DNA of 64,000 nt. Source: Thalia democratica. Its lineage: Eukaryota. Where the stretch lies: the NCBI GenBank assembly GCA_965202585.1, contig OZ241831.1, positions 19,034,001 through 19,098,000 of the forward strand, written 5' to 3'. Below are positions 23,854 through 37,100 of this stretch, in pieces (position 1 is the first letter of the stretch; each line of letters starts with the position of its first letter). The translations under genes and the position numbers were made by a program. The notes below the pieces were generated by a model. That model was not told the origin of the DNA, did not search any database, and saw only the letters and a program-made list of their open reading frames with translations.

Positions 23854-25110
23854 CAGGGGCGTGTTTTCACTGGTTTCCTTTCACTGTGAACCCCCTGAAA
23901 AAAAAAAGAAAAAAGATTCTTAGAATATCACAAAAACGTTGTTTATTGACTTTGTTATGGTTATTTGATAAACTTTGAATAATGAGTGCTGAATTTATAA
24001 CACTAAAAGATTATAAGTTTCCGTAACAAAAACTGATCGTTTTTACCCAGCTGAAACAGATTTCAAATAAAATTTTAATCGTGACGACATATTAGGTAAA
24101 AGTTTTAAAGTAGATTTTTTTTTCTGGTAAACTTTTTACTAAGATTTACTTAGTTCCTATTATATACTGTTACTTAGTGTAAACAACTTTTGATTAAGTA
24201 TTGTTTTTCAACTAATAAGTACAATTTTACTTAAAAAATGTCCAAAATAATCACGAAAGTTTTATTTTACTTTGTTGATTGTATATAATAATGTAGTGTA
24301 AAGCTTTTAAACCTTGAAAAGTTCAACTCAGAGAGTTTTCAAAATAATCTTTAGAACACTACACCACCTGGCAATTTTTTTTTTTATCATTTAATGGTAT
24401 TTTAATACTTTTATTTAACTTGTTTTTTTTTTTGTATATCTGTTGGCCACAAAGTTGATTCATGATTTTTTGAAATTTTTAACTCAGATATATTTACAAA
24501 CCATTATTAGAAACCCTGGACCCTCAGGCAAACATTTAATTATAATTTAAAGATATTTTGATTTAATTGTATAAGTCCAAACATTTTTTAAAAGTTAAAT
24601 TTCAATTTTTATTTAAGTTGTTTTATTTTTGTTTATGTGTATTGTGTTGGCCACAAAGTTGATTATTGATTTTTTGAAATTTTCAACTCAGAGAGATTTC
24701 ATAACCATCATTAGAATCTCTGCACCATCACGCAAACATTTAATTGTATTTTAAAGATTTTTGTTTTAATTGTATAAGTCTAAACATTTATCTTAGTGAA
24801 ATTTCAATTTTTATAGATTAAATTACTTGAAAAAATTTAATCAAAATTTGTAAATTCATATTTTTTCTAGTTCTTTTAGTTTTAATTTATCTAAATCTAA
24901 ACAGTATAATAAATAAAAACATACAATAATTTTCTATTACTACTGTATGTTTTTTTCTAAGCATAAAAAAGCATTTTAAACAAAGAGTTTTTCGGCTAGA
25001 TGTCGCGTACTTAACTTGCAGTGCATTCCTAAGAAATGCGTACTTAAGCGGCAAATTAAGAACAAAAAACATTGTGAACCTCCTTTGAAAAAAGTCTAGA
25101 CACGCCCATG
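23854..25110. mobile_element. Non-autonomous DNA transposon, about 1.26 kb, with internal tandem repeats of period about 205 bp
   Basis: CAGGGGCGTGT / ACACGCCCATG termini; TGAACC.CC subterminal motif at both ends; TTA on both flanks. Repeat units at about 24430-24600 and 24640-24800, with a partial unit near 24310. Confidence 0.7.
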
Positions 25111-25914
25111 TTATGTATAATATATTATATATTTCAAAATATTTAAGAAAGCTTACCTGTATAAAACTAAAAAAACAAGCAAAATACTGTTTAATCTGTA
25201 AATTCTAAAACCATTTCTTCAATTTGAAAGAATGAATTTTTTTATTAAGTATAACATCTTTAGAATAAAACGATGTTAAATATTTAATAAGTAAAATTGC
25301 TTAGCTAATTTTGAAATGAAATATATATTAAAGATTATAGAGGTTGTATAAGATTAGTTCTATAGTCAAAACAAAATTTTTCGCTTTTTGAAAATAAATT
25401 AGATATATTAAAACTTTTTCTAAGTTGTTAAGAAAACAATTGATATTTAAAACTTTTTTTTTTGCTGTATCAGACTTAAAAATAAAACAAATTATTATTA
25501 AAATTTTAAACTTTTTGGCAAGTATATTCCAGTCTGAGCTGAAAAAAAGCTGAGCAAGCAAAAAAAAAGCTTTTTTTAGTGTAGTATCTAATTCTATTTA
25601 TTTAAAGTTTATTTTCATTAGTTTTCAATTTTTTTAGGGTGGTCGGTTATAGATAATAGTATAAATGAAAAAAAAAAAAAATGCTGACTCAGCTTTTTTA
25701 AGCTTAAGCTGATCTTTAAGTATACCTTTCTATTTATTGAACAAAAACGCTCGAAAAGTTTGGTCCAAGAACAAGGTATACGAAAATAATCTTTTGACAA
25801 CTATCAAGTCATACACCATGGGAATAGTTCAATATATTGTCAAAAAAAAAATTAAGACATAAAACGACGAAATTTTTCAATTTTTAACAAACAAAAATTT
25901 CTGTTTAGGCTTAT

Positions 25915-26000
25915 TATGTAGGTGCTGACCAGCAACAGAGATTTTTTCTGGACCCTTTTCAATGGTCTCTAGCACTGACTCAATAAATCTGAGTTAAAAA
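25915..26000 (-). mobile_element. Possible CR1/L2 LINE 3' remnant
   Basis: With one frameshift the minus strand reads LETIEK-VQKKSLLLVS, like the IEKVQ(R/K)R motif after LINE RT. Confidence 0.3.
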
Positions 26001-28228
26001 AAATTTAGCTGTACTGTACCTGTACCATTAAGCTATTAAATTCTTCATAAAATATAGTTAAAGAACAAAAAAAAAAGAATACTGTTGTTGAAATTGTTAA
26101 GTCTAGAAAAATATTGCAAGTTTCTCTTATTTTAAAGTAACGGTCCTAAAAAAATACATTGTAAAGTACAACAAATACATATCTTTGTTTGAACAATTTA
26201 TTAGAAAAACTTAGTACTCTAGCAGTTTAAGAAAAGTATATCTAAAGTCAAAAAAGTTAATCCACTAGATGAAATTTCACGTACATAAAAAACAATAATT
26301 TTATACAAAGAATTAGGTGTGAAACAATGTTAGAAACTGGAAATACATTTAGTTGTTCAGTTGGTTATGTGGAAAATTTAGATAAAACTAATTACAGTGT
26401 GTGAAAAATAGAACAAAGTTGCATTTCTTAAACAGGTTGTTTAGCAAATTATATAGGTTAGGCAGTTTTGTTTAATGATTAAAAAAAATCATAAACTTAT
26501 TTTTATTTAAAATAATGTTATAAATGCCTCTACCCTTCCTTATCTTGTTGTTAATAAATTTTTGCAATATAGATAAATCTTAATATTTTTACTCTTAATC
26601 TTTATATTTTCATAGCTACATTAATTAACTTTATTTAACTTTATATTGTTGATTATTTAGTGAAATTTATCAATACTTATTAATCTTCTTTAACATTAAC
26701 ATTATGCAAAAGTCAATCAAGTGTGTGTTCTATCATGGTGTTACTATATTTAAGACAGTATTATAGAAACTGCTAGCATAAGTTTTTGTTATTGTTTAGA
26801 GGGAAGAGTAACTCTGATGTCCCATTAAAAAAAGTTTTTGACTAATAAGTTTAACATAGTTTTTTTTTGGTAAAAAACATAAGTCTCAAACTTTACCCCT
26901 TGCAACAATAAATGTTTTCTGGGGAGTTAATTCTTTATATAACTTTTTAAGACTTTTTTTTGATTATTGTCATATTACTTTTAAAGGCTTGTAGTATGTT
27001 TTTTGTTTGTAATTTGTTGTTGATAATACATTATAAGTACACAATTTATATCTATATCATTGTAATGAAATTATCAGAAACTATTTTACAAATGATTTAG
27101 TGTGAAGCTCTAACTCAGTAGTATCATAGTCTGAATAAACCTCAATTTATACTGTTTTATAATCAAACACTTGCTTATAAATTTTAGTGTTATAAGTTTT
27201 GCAATAACTACAATATTGATGTTTTGTTATAAGATCTTTGTCTTTTAGTGTTTTTACCAAATACTTCTTATAACTTTTTTATTGTTTTATAAAATTAGTC
27301 TGAAATCTTTGATGAGATATTATTTTGTGTTTCAAATACAATTGATTATTGATGGTATTTCTTCTTTGCTCTTCCTTCAAAAACATTTTTTTTTTTTTGT
27401 ATATGTGTTAACCACTGGGTTTCATCTTGCATCGATCAATTTACCAAAGGAGAATTTTCAAAGCTGTCATTAGTACTCCTATTATGTTTATTGAACTACA
27501 AAAAATACTCTTAAAATATCTGGTTCTAGGACCTGGTGCACAAAAAAACCTTTTGGTTATTGAGTTGCACAACATGGATAACTTTTAACGCCTTGTCTTG
27601 GACAACCTATGCTATCAGTCTACACATTTATTAATTTAATTAATTAAACTAGTATTTAACATTGAAACTTGTCTAAAAAAGTATCATCACATTTGACATT
27701 ACTTAGCACATTTTTGATATCTATTTTAGTACTTAAACAATATTTTTAACAATATGTTATATTTAGTTAATGTATTGTTTTATCTATTTATTAAATACTA
27801 CTTTTATTTTGTCTAAAAAATATTTTTGTTCAATATAGTTAACAGGGCAACTTGTTTTTTTTAAGCTCAATTGTTGAACTAGAGTTGATACTTTAAAAAG
27901 TATTTTTTATTTTCATAAAAACATTTTAATTTGCTATAAATTTGATAACTAAAAACTTATAATTTTAAGCTTAATATGAAACTTGTTAATATAGGTGTAT
28001 GTTTATTGTTAATTTATTTAAGGCTTTTTTAAACAAGTTTAAATTATGATTAAAAAATGTGTGTTTAAAGAGTAATGAAATAAGTTCTTTTATACTTTTT
28101 CTTTAGATATTACAATAAAAGTTCTTGACTAAATAATAGGAAAAATGGTCATTTCAAATTTTTAGATTTTATTGTCAAAACAATGTTTTACTAGTTTTAA
28201 ATAATTCAATGAGATCCTCAGTTGAATA

Positions 28229-28659
28229 CAGGGTTGCCACTTTACCTGGAAACCTTGAAAAACCTAGAATTCGACAATTTAGGCAAAAATAACCTGGAAA
28301 AACCTGGAATTTGAGAAATTTTGAAAATTACCTGGAAAAACCTGGAATCTTGATCTAAAAACCTGGGAAAACCTGGAATTTTTTATAGTTTTAACATTTT
28401 CAGTACTAAAATTTCAATTTGACACAAAAATCTATCATTAATGTGAGATTTTTCTGTCATTATCAAAAAAAATTTTATTAAAAAACACATCTAAAGTAAC
28501 TTCATAGCATCTTATAAATTGTTTTTGTACTATTTAACACAGTTTCTTTTATAGAAATTAACTTAAAACTAAAAATAGACCCAAAAATGTTTACTTTTAA
28601 AAACCTGGAAGAAATTTGGAAAACCTGGAAAATTTTTTAAAAAACAATTGTCAACACTG
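28229..28659 (+). mobile_element. MITE of the 14011 family, with 6-bp TSD
   Basis: CAGGGTTGCCACT start, degraded TTGTCAACACTG end, TGAATA on both flanks; internal sequence closely matches 14011-14419. Confidence 0.85.
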
Positions 28660-31125
28660 TGAATAGTAAAATCTTATTCAAATAGATTCTATTCTAAAAA
28701 AATTAAAAGTATAAATTCTTATTAACTTATTATGCAGACACAGGACTTGAATATATTTTCTGTTTACTAGAATTTTATAATGATCTTCAAAGACTTTTCT
28801 AAATTGAAAAACGCAGTTTAATTTTTGGAATTGTTTTAATTTAAGCATATTATTGCTTTAGTGCTTATGAAAACTTGTATACGTCCTCTACATAACTTAA
28901 GTAGTTCCTCAAAAAAATGTAAACTTGATGTATTGTCAACTGTGGTAATGCCTTTTTAGACAAGTTTCAATTATGTTTTTTAAGTACATTTTTTAAATTA
29001 ACTAATATAAATTTGATGTTTTTAAAATAAAATCAAAAAATAAAAGTCATTTTGAGTATCATTGCAATAGTTATATTAAAGTAACTGTTTTTGCTCCAAA
29101 ATTGATGGTTTTTCATCTCTTTTGATAACTAGTTTAACTCACATGTAACAATCATATTGTTCAACCTAGTCAATACTGATAGCTGTAAGTTACGTATTCT
29201 ACACTGAGTTTTTTTAAATAGAGCTGAGCCTACATGCTGGAAATTAAACAATTCTAAAATATTTATAATATTTTTTTACAATGGTAGATAATATTTTTTT
29301 AAACAGTTTTCTCACTACAGTTCTTTTATAATATTGTGATCTAAGATTGGTAGAACCTTGTTTTTTACAAGTTGATCTTATTTTATAGAGTTTATCTAAG
29401 CTATCAGACATTTTTAACCTCTTTTTTTGAAAAGTAATTTTTGAAATAAGAGCAATCAAAGTCAGTGATTTCAATGGAAGGTGCAAACTAAAAACGCGAA
29501 AAAAGACCATTTCATTAAAAATCTATCTCCTCCTTTGTTTTTTAAGCAATATTCTTCAACTTTTCAAAGAAAGTGTATAATTGAATTTTAAAAAGATTGA
29601 ATGCAAGAATTTTTTTAATTTAAAAAATAAAATTTTTATTGAAAAAACCACCTATTTTTTCTGTACTTTTTATTTAAAATTTTTATTTTTCAATATTTTT
29701 AAAATTCCAATATTTAAAGTCTTTTAAACTATAAAAGAAACATTTCCTAATAGTTTGAGGTCTTTAGCTCAAAAAATTAAGGAGAAGATCGATTATTACC
29801 AATTTTTCAAAAATATCTGAAAAAAAGTTAAATCTGAAAAGTTAAATGATGAACTAAAGTTGTTATATGCAGAGTTGCAACACACTCAGGATAACTCTAG
29901 GTATTTTGAATTTATTTATTAAAAAAACTGGATAGTTTTAGTATTTCTAAAAATTCAGACCAGTTTTTTTCTAGATTTTGATTGAGATTTAGTTGATTTA
30001 GCTCAAATATTTTGTTATTTTTTTGCCAATTTTGTTTAAAAGCTTGATTTTTATGAGTTTTAAAAAGGACAAATTTTTGTCTAAAGAGTGGCTACCCCGT
30101 ATGTGACTACTTTCACTTTAATTTAAGCACTGAGTGAAAACAAAAATCATGTTAGGATTTCCCCACACTCAGGCTAATATAACATTTCTAAAAACGTCAG
30201 ACCTAGTTGAGAAATTTTTTTCTTATTTCAAAAAAGTTTGAGTTGGATATGTTAAAATTATAGTTATAATACTTTATAGTTAAGTAATGTTGTAGTGTTT
30301 GGTTTTTGTAAATTTTACAGTGCTAATTTTATTTATTAGGTAAAATTTTCGGCCTTGATTCTTGATTGTTTTAAAAATATGAATTATATTTTATAGCCTT
30401 TTGTTAATAAAAAATTTGAAATCATAAATATTACCTGTAAACAAATTGTTCATAATTACAAAAAAAAAGCATAAACATTTTTTTATTACCACAAGGAATG
30501 ATAAACTGTAGCCTGTAGACCTGTAGAAATAATCTTTAAACTTATCTAATACAATTTTGTTTCTGGAAATTAATTAATTAACTTTAATCTAAAAAAATTG
30601 CTTTCAAAAAAGGTTTTATAGCATAAAAATTATTCCTTTTTAAGCTTTTCACAGCTGTATTTTCAGAAAGTTTTAATAAATAATAATATGTAAGTCTAGT
30701 CCTAAATTCTTAACTTAATAAAAAAAGGTTTATTACATTCTTTAAATGTAAAACACATTAAAAATGTCAATAGTAGTAACTAAATGCTTTTAGTTACATT
30801 AATAATAATTTATACTTTAGATAAAATAAGAAAGTTATACTGTTGTTCCCAAATTAAATTTTAAAATATCAACAATTGAGTTTTTACTTTATGAGATTTT
30901 TTTATATCTTATTGTTATTAGATGTACCTAAAAGTTGTTAACGCATTGTAAGCTTTTTTTTGCATGCTTTTTTACTAATAAACTTTGATCTTTACAAACT
31001 CTGTACTGTTGTTCATATTTTATAGGACATAATTTTATTTGATTAAAAAATAAATTGTTTACATTCTAATTTAAAAGCAACTTGTTATTTTTTTAACAGG
31101 TTCTTAGTTTTAATTTTTTACTAAA

Positions 31126-34100
31126 ATGAGTCAATTAGTGCAACAGAAAAAGCCTCAAGGCTGGACTTCATTTGATGAAAGTCCAACACACCCTACAAAT
31201 CCTAATGAAAACTCAAGTAATGTTAAACCTACTAAATGACTGTTATTAATATTTTTAGCTCTTCCGTATTGCTAAAGCTTTGAATATTTTATTTTACTAA
31301 CATATTTTTTTTAAAGATTAAATTTAAAAAAAAACTAACTAGTTCATTATTATTTTTAAAATATCAACAGAAAAATGGCCAAAAAATGGTCAAAATGTTA
31401 TAGAAAAACCTCAAAACCTTTCCACTGTTAGCAACCAGGTATTGAGTGACAGTGAACTTTCAAGTCCTCAGCATTCTCAAGAAGTTGCTGATATAAACAG
31501 CAAAGTAAAATCTTCAGACAATAATGACCCGTGGTGTATGACTGAAGAACAGAAAGATTATTATGAGAAACAGTTTATATCCATGCAACCAGAAATTAAA
31601 TATAAAATAGATGGTATGTTTTATGAGGCTACGTAATAGATTTTAAAATATTTTTCTATTATTAAAGTTTATAATTATACTGTTGTTTACTGTATTGCTG
31701 AAATTTCATTATAAAAATATTAGAAACTAAAGTTTTGTAATTTTGAAAATTAATTACAAGTTTAATGCTAAAATAGAATGTTTATAATGTTTTACAAATG
31801 GAACTTAAAATATTTTTTTTTTAATTGTGTTAATTTTTGATAATTTTTAAGTTAATTTAAGTTATTTGAAAACAATTTTTTTCAACATAATAAAAAATAT
31901 GTATACAGCTGTTTTATTACCGAAATATTATTATGATCTTTATATTCTAACTTAGTTTAATTAAGATATGTTACAAATAAATATAGTTAGTGCAAAACTA
32001 AAGCTGCTGACAAAGCAAAAATACTGATTTTTTATGTGCACAAAGTTTTATATACAATCTCCTTGTTATATTAACTTTATACTTTATGCTTTTTTTAGTT
32101 TTCGATTTGTAGAGGTTGTAGATTGTAGCTTAGTATTAGTGTTATAAATATTAATCTATAAAATAAATTTATTTGTGAAGTTTATAATTTAAACTTATAA
32201 TTTGAAATTTATGCACCAATATTCTTTTTTATATTTCTATATTTTTGTAGCCTTAAGTAGTTAAATTATATTTTACAATAGAAAATAAGAATTCTACTTC
32301 TTTACACTGTTTTAAAAGCCTGTTACTTATTTAAGACAACTTGAAATTAAATTTATAAAGTGTTTATTAGCTATTTTTGTGCTTATAGATTTAGATTTGT
32401 AAGAAAAATCATATCAGTAATCTTTTATGTTTGATACATAATTTTATATAAATATTTTTTTTTTTGATTAAGTACTTGCTTATTTATTTATGTAAGTAAT
32501 ATAATTAAACCAGATTAACACAATTTAAGTTTAAATACTGTAAAAATTGGCAGCTTTGTGTTTAAGAAATAAAGCTATGTTCTTGCTAAAACTTGTAATA
32601 AAAGTAAAATATGTAGTTTTTATTTAGAGTATATAAATTTAAAGTATGCATTTAATTTGATGTTGCTATAATGTTTTAGGTCAAACAGCTCGAAATTTCT
32701 TTACCAAGTCTAAACTTCCCATACTTGAGCTTTCACATATTTGGTTAGTTGATTTTCAAGTTAATGTTTAAGAAAGTATAGGAGACGATAGTCTTTCTTT
32801 GCATTTTAACCTTTGCCTTTCTATAAGGAAGTTATGGAACTCTCCGACTTTGTACCCTTGTATCTCAAAAGCTAATTTATTTTTACAAAATAGGTAGCAA
32901 AGTTAAAAGAGCTTTAAAATAAAATTAACATGTAAAAAAGTACCATACCTTATAGCCTAAATAAGTTTTCTATGTATGCTAAAGATTTGTTACTATTTTG
33001 ACTAGATAACTTTTATCTATCTTTACTTCTAACTATAAGCACTTTAAATTTTTAGAAATAAGTCTTTATAGGGTTTATATTTTTAAGTTATTTCAAACTA
33101 CATACTTAGTTTTATACTTCAAAATAAGAAAACAAATACTTTGTTTGTCATGTAACTTTTTTGTAAGTACAAGCTAGTTTGCACCTTCCTCTTTCTTCTT
33201 CGATTTCTAGGAGCTAGGTTTTGAGGATGTGTAACTTAAATATAGTGTTTTTATTGACTTTTTTTGACTAAATGTACTTTATAATATTTAAAATATCAAT
33301 TGAGTTTGCAAAATGTATATAAATGAAATAATTTTATGAAGTTTAATAAATAGTTTTAATGTACCATTTATTAAATTTGATAAAAATAATAAAATACTGC
33401 TAAATTTTCTTTTTTTACTAATTATATCTTAAATGATACACAGGGATCTCTCTGACGTAGACCGAGATGGCCAGTTAAATTTAGAAGAGTTCTCAACTGC
33501 ATTTCATTTAGTAGTAGCACGTAAAAACGGATATGATTTACCTAAAAAATTGCCTAAGTCACTTATCCCTAAATCTTCTGTGCAGTACCAATCAACTGAA
33601 ACAGGTTAAAAGAAATTAGTTTTTAAATTTAAGGATAGGCATAAGTTTTTTATTTTAAATCATAGTAAGAGTTTTTAACATATCAAAGTAAGTTTGGTTA
33701 CATAAATAATTTTTGTTTTGTTTCAATTTGTATTTTAACAAGAGCTTATTTTAAAAATACCTAGTTAAAAAGCAACTAATTTAATAGATAAAAATGAAGG
33801 TTCCACAGCAGAAAATGAGTGGGATAGTTTTAGTGGTGGGGAATCACTAGCAAAGTTTCAGGAAAAGCCGTACAAGGTAGGTCTACTTAAAAAATGTTTT
33901 CTTTAATAGTTGTTTCAGTACTTATATTTTAATTTTAATTTTTAATAGAATAACTACTCTAAATTATAAAATCTACTAATTTTTTTTTCATCTTTCAATT
34001 GTGAAAAATTGAATTTGTTTAAGTATGTACAAATTTCGATTAAAATATACTTTTGACAAAGCTTTCTGTATAAAAATATTTAGCACTTTATTAACTTCAG

Positions 34101-37100
34101 ACTGAAGAAATACGTCAGCCAGTGGCAATAAGGCCAGGAGTGCCAGCTGTGACATCACCTAAATGGACAACGGACGACGATTGTGACGTTACACGGGAGG
34201 AGGAAACCGAAGATGCGGAATCGAACACTTCTTCTCCTTCGCGTCATCACGGCCTACGTCATCAGAATGCGTACGGATTTCTGAGAAATGAAGTGTCTGA
34301 TGATGGATCGGAGTGTGAGGCTACTGAAGATTCAAAAGTTGGAAAAAACAAATTTGAAAAAGTTAAAAAAAGTTAGTATAATTTCATAGTACCAGTTTTG
34401 TTCGCTAGTTGAATTATTTAAATGTATTTTGAAATTTTAAACTATTTTGACTTGAATCATTGCTAATTGATGTGGTTTGATTTATTCTATTTGATATTTT
34501 TGTTAAATCTAAATTTTATTAATAGTAATTTTTGCTGCTTTAAGTCAGGAACATATATAAACTAATGCTTACTTTTTACCTAATATATATGTTGCTAATG
34601 ATTATTTATAACAATTTTATTTTGTTCAGTTAAAATGAATAAAAACTTCTCTATGAATATAATTTTGCTTTGAACGTCAAAACTGAACACTATACAGTTT
34701 GTATCGACTTAAAAAATCTATATACTAATTGTTTTTCAAAAAGAACTGTATAAATTAAACAGAAAAATTCATCAGGTTTTACCGGCTAACTCATGATAAT
34801 TTAAAAAATAAGATTTAATCATTTTAGTCTTTATTTTAAATTTCATATTATGTTGTCAACCTTTTAAAAGTTGTTTTATGTTATACGATTTAAATTACAA
34901 TTGAATGGTTTATAAGTTTAATTATTAGCTGAATTTTCTGTCATTGTTTGAAAATTTGTTTCATCAAAGATAAAAAGTTATACCGCAAACTAGCTTACAC
35001 AATCTGACTTTGCGATGAATCAGTACAGTTTTTTGTTTTAAAGAGTTTTAAACTTTATTGTATTGAGTAGTTTTAAGAAACTTATTCCGTATAAATTCAC
35101 ACTTTTGCAGTTAAATTTTTTTTAGATGGTAATAAATTATTTTTGTTTTCATTAATTTTAATACAAGGTTCAATCGGTTTATTGTTAAATCATACAAATT
35201 TAAATTTTAGATTTTAACTGTATATAATTTGTTTAAACATCTTAATATTTTTTTTTAGAATTTTTTTTTTATTAGCTGGTTTACTTTATTCAAATTAGTT
35301 GAAAAAAACTTTTAAGTTAAAAAAAATTAAATTTAAAGTGTTTGTAAACAATATTTTAATAAATATAATTTAAATTTTTTAAAAGCTTCACAAACTTCAA
35401 GTTAAAGTTGTTTTTTGTGTTAAATATTGGTAGTTCTTTTGAACCAGCTTTTAGAATTTTAAACTAGTAAGTTAAAATGATTTCAAGAGTGCTTAAAATA
35501 AAAACTTTTTATAGTAACAAAACCTATATTATAGACAAGAAACATTGATGTCGTTTAAATGTTTGTTGCTGTAAAAACAAGTATTGTCTTGTATTCGTGA
35601 TCTTATTGCTGCCGAAAAAAACTTTATACACATTTTTTGTATGCATGCATTTGTCGATACTCTCAGTGTAAAAATGTTTTTTAGTCAATACATATATACA
35701 TGTTTTATATAAAACTCGCATTGAGTATATTTAAGATTACAAGTGTTAAATATCTGAACATTTACAAAATAGATCTTGCAATGTTTTCATCTAAATAATT
35801 TTTTGGTTTACTTCCAGATACAAATATCTCTAGAAAAGTTAAAAAAAAGTTTTAATTTTTTATTATATAATAAAACTTTACAAAACGTTTATCTTTTAAC
35901 TAAATTAAGTTGTTTTTAATAATTTACAATGAAATATTTTGTTTTGTTTAATTTCTCCTGACTTCTGCAAAGCAATCAATTTAATTATTAAACGGATTTA
36001 GTTTGAGCTCATGATTATTACAGGGTGTCCACCAAACCTGGAATTCTGGAAAACCTGAATTTTTACAACTTACGCTAAAAAAACCTGGAGTTTGAGAAGT
36101 TTTGAAAAAAACCTGAAATTTTAAACAATTTTGATACGATACAACACAAAAAATCTATTATATGGATAAAAAGCTTTGTCATCATCAAAATTATTTTTTC
36201 ATAAAAAACACATTTAAAGTAGCTATGCAGTATCTTTTAAATGTTGTTATACTATTTAACACAATTTTTTACCTTAAACTTAATTTTAAACTAAAGATAG
36301 ACCCAAAAACAAGTACTTTTAAAAACAAAGAAAATTTCTTAAAAACATTTGGCCACCCTTATAGTATTTAAAATGTATCGTTTAAATAGTTTTAATCTAT
36401 TAAAAAGCATCTTTTTTAACTCGAGATTAATTTACTACTAGAAATGATCAAAAAAAAAAAGTACTTTCAAAAACCTGGAAAAAATTCTGAAAAACCTATA
36501 AGTAATTTTGAAATTCTGAAGAAAATTTGCCAAAAATTAGTGGTTACCCTGTTATTATGTAAATGTTTGTATATAATTTATTTAAGTTAAAATAATATTT
36601 ATTTAATAGGATAACCTAAATTATTATTCTATTTCTTATCAATCTACAAAAGTTATATTTATTGCATGTAAAATTAAAAAACTGTTTATTAAATTGTACA
36701 TACACTTTAATTTAAATAATAAGCCTTATCAGCTCGGAGTAGAACGACAAGCGATGTTTCGTCTATTGTCAGCAACCACTCCTCAGCAATAATGGATGAT
36801 GATGTCATAATAAGTGACGTAAACCACCACGGAAATCACCGAAGTGAAACAGGAGTGAGAAGTGACGTGGAACTTAGTGATTGGTCGTCCAGACCTTTGC
36901 AACCAAAGTTTGTAAATTGATCTGTCTTACTAAAAGTTGCTAAGTTTTTATTGTTTTCTTTTGCCACCATTCGTATTAGATAAAAAAAAAATCAGAACTT
37001 CATAAACAAGTTTCTAACAAAATAGCCGTTCACAAAAATATTACATTCTCTTTTTGTTGTACATTAGTATTATAATTTAAGTTAAGAAAAAAAAAAGTTA

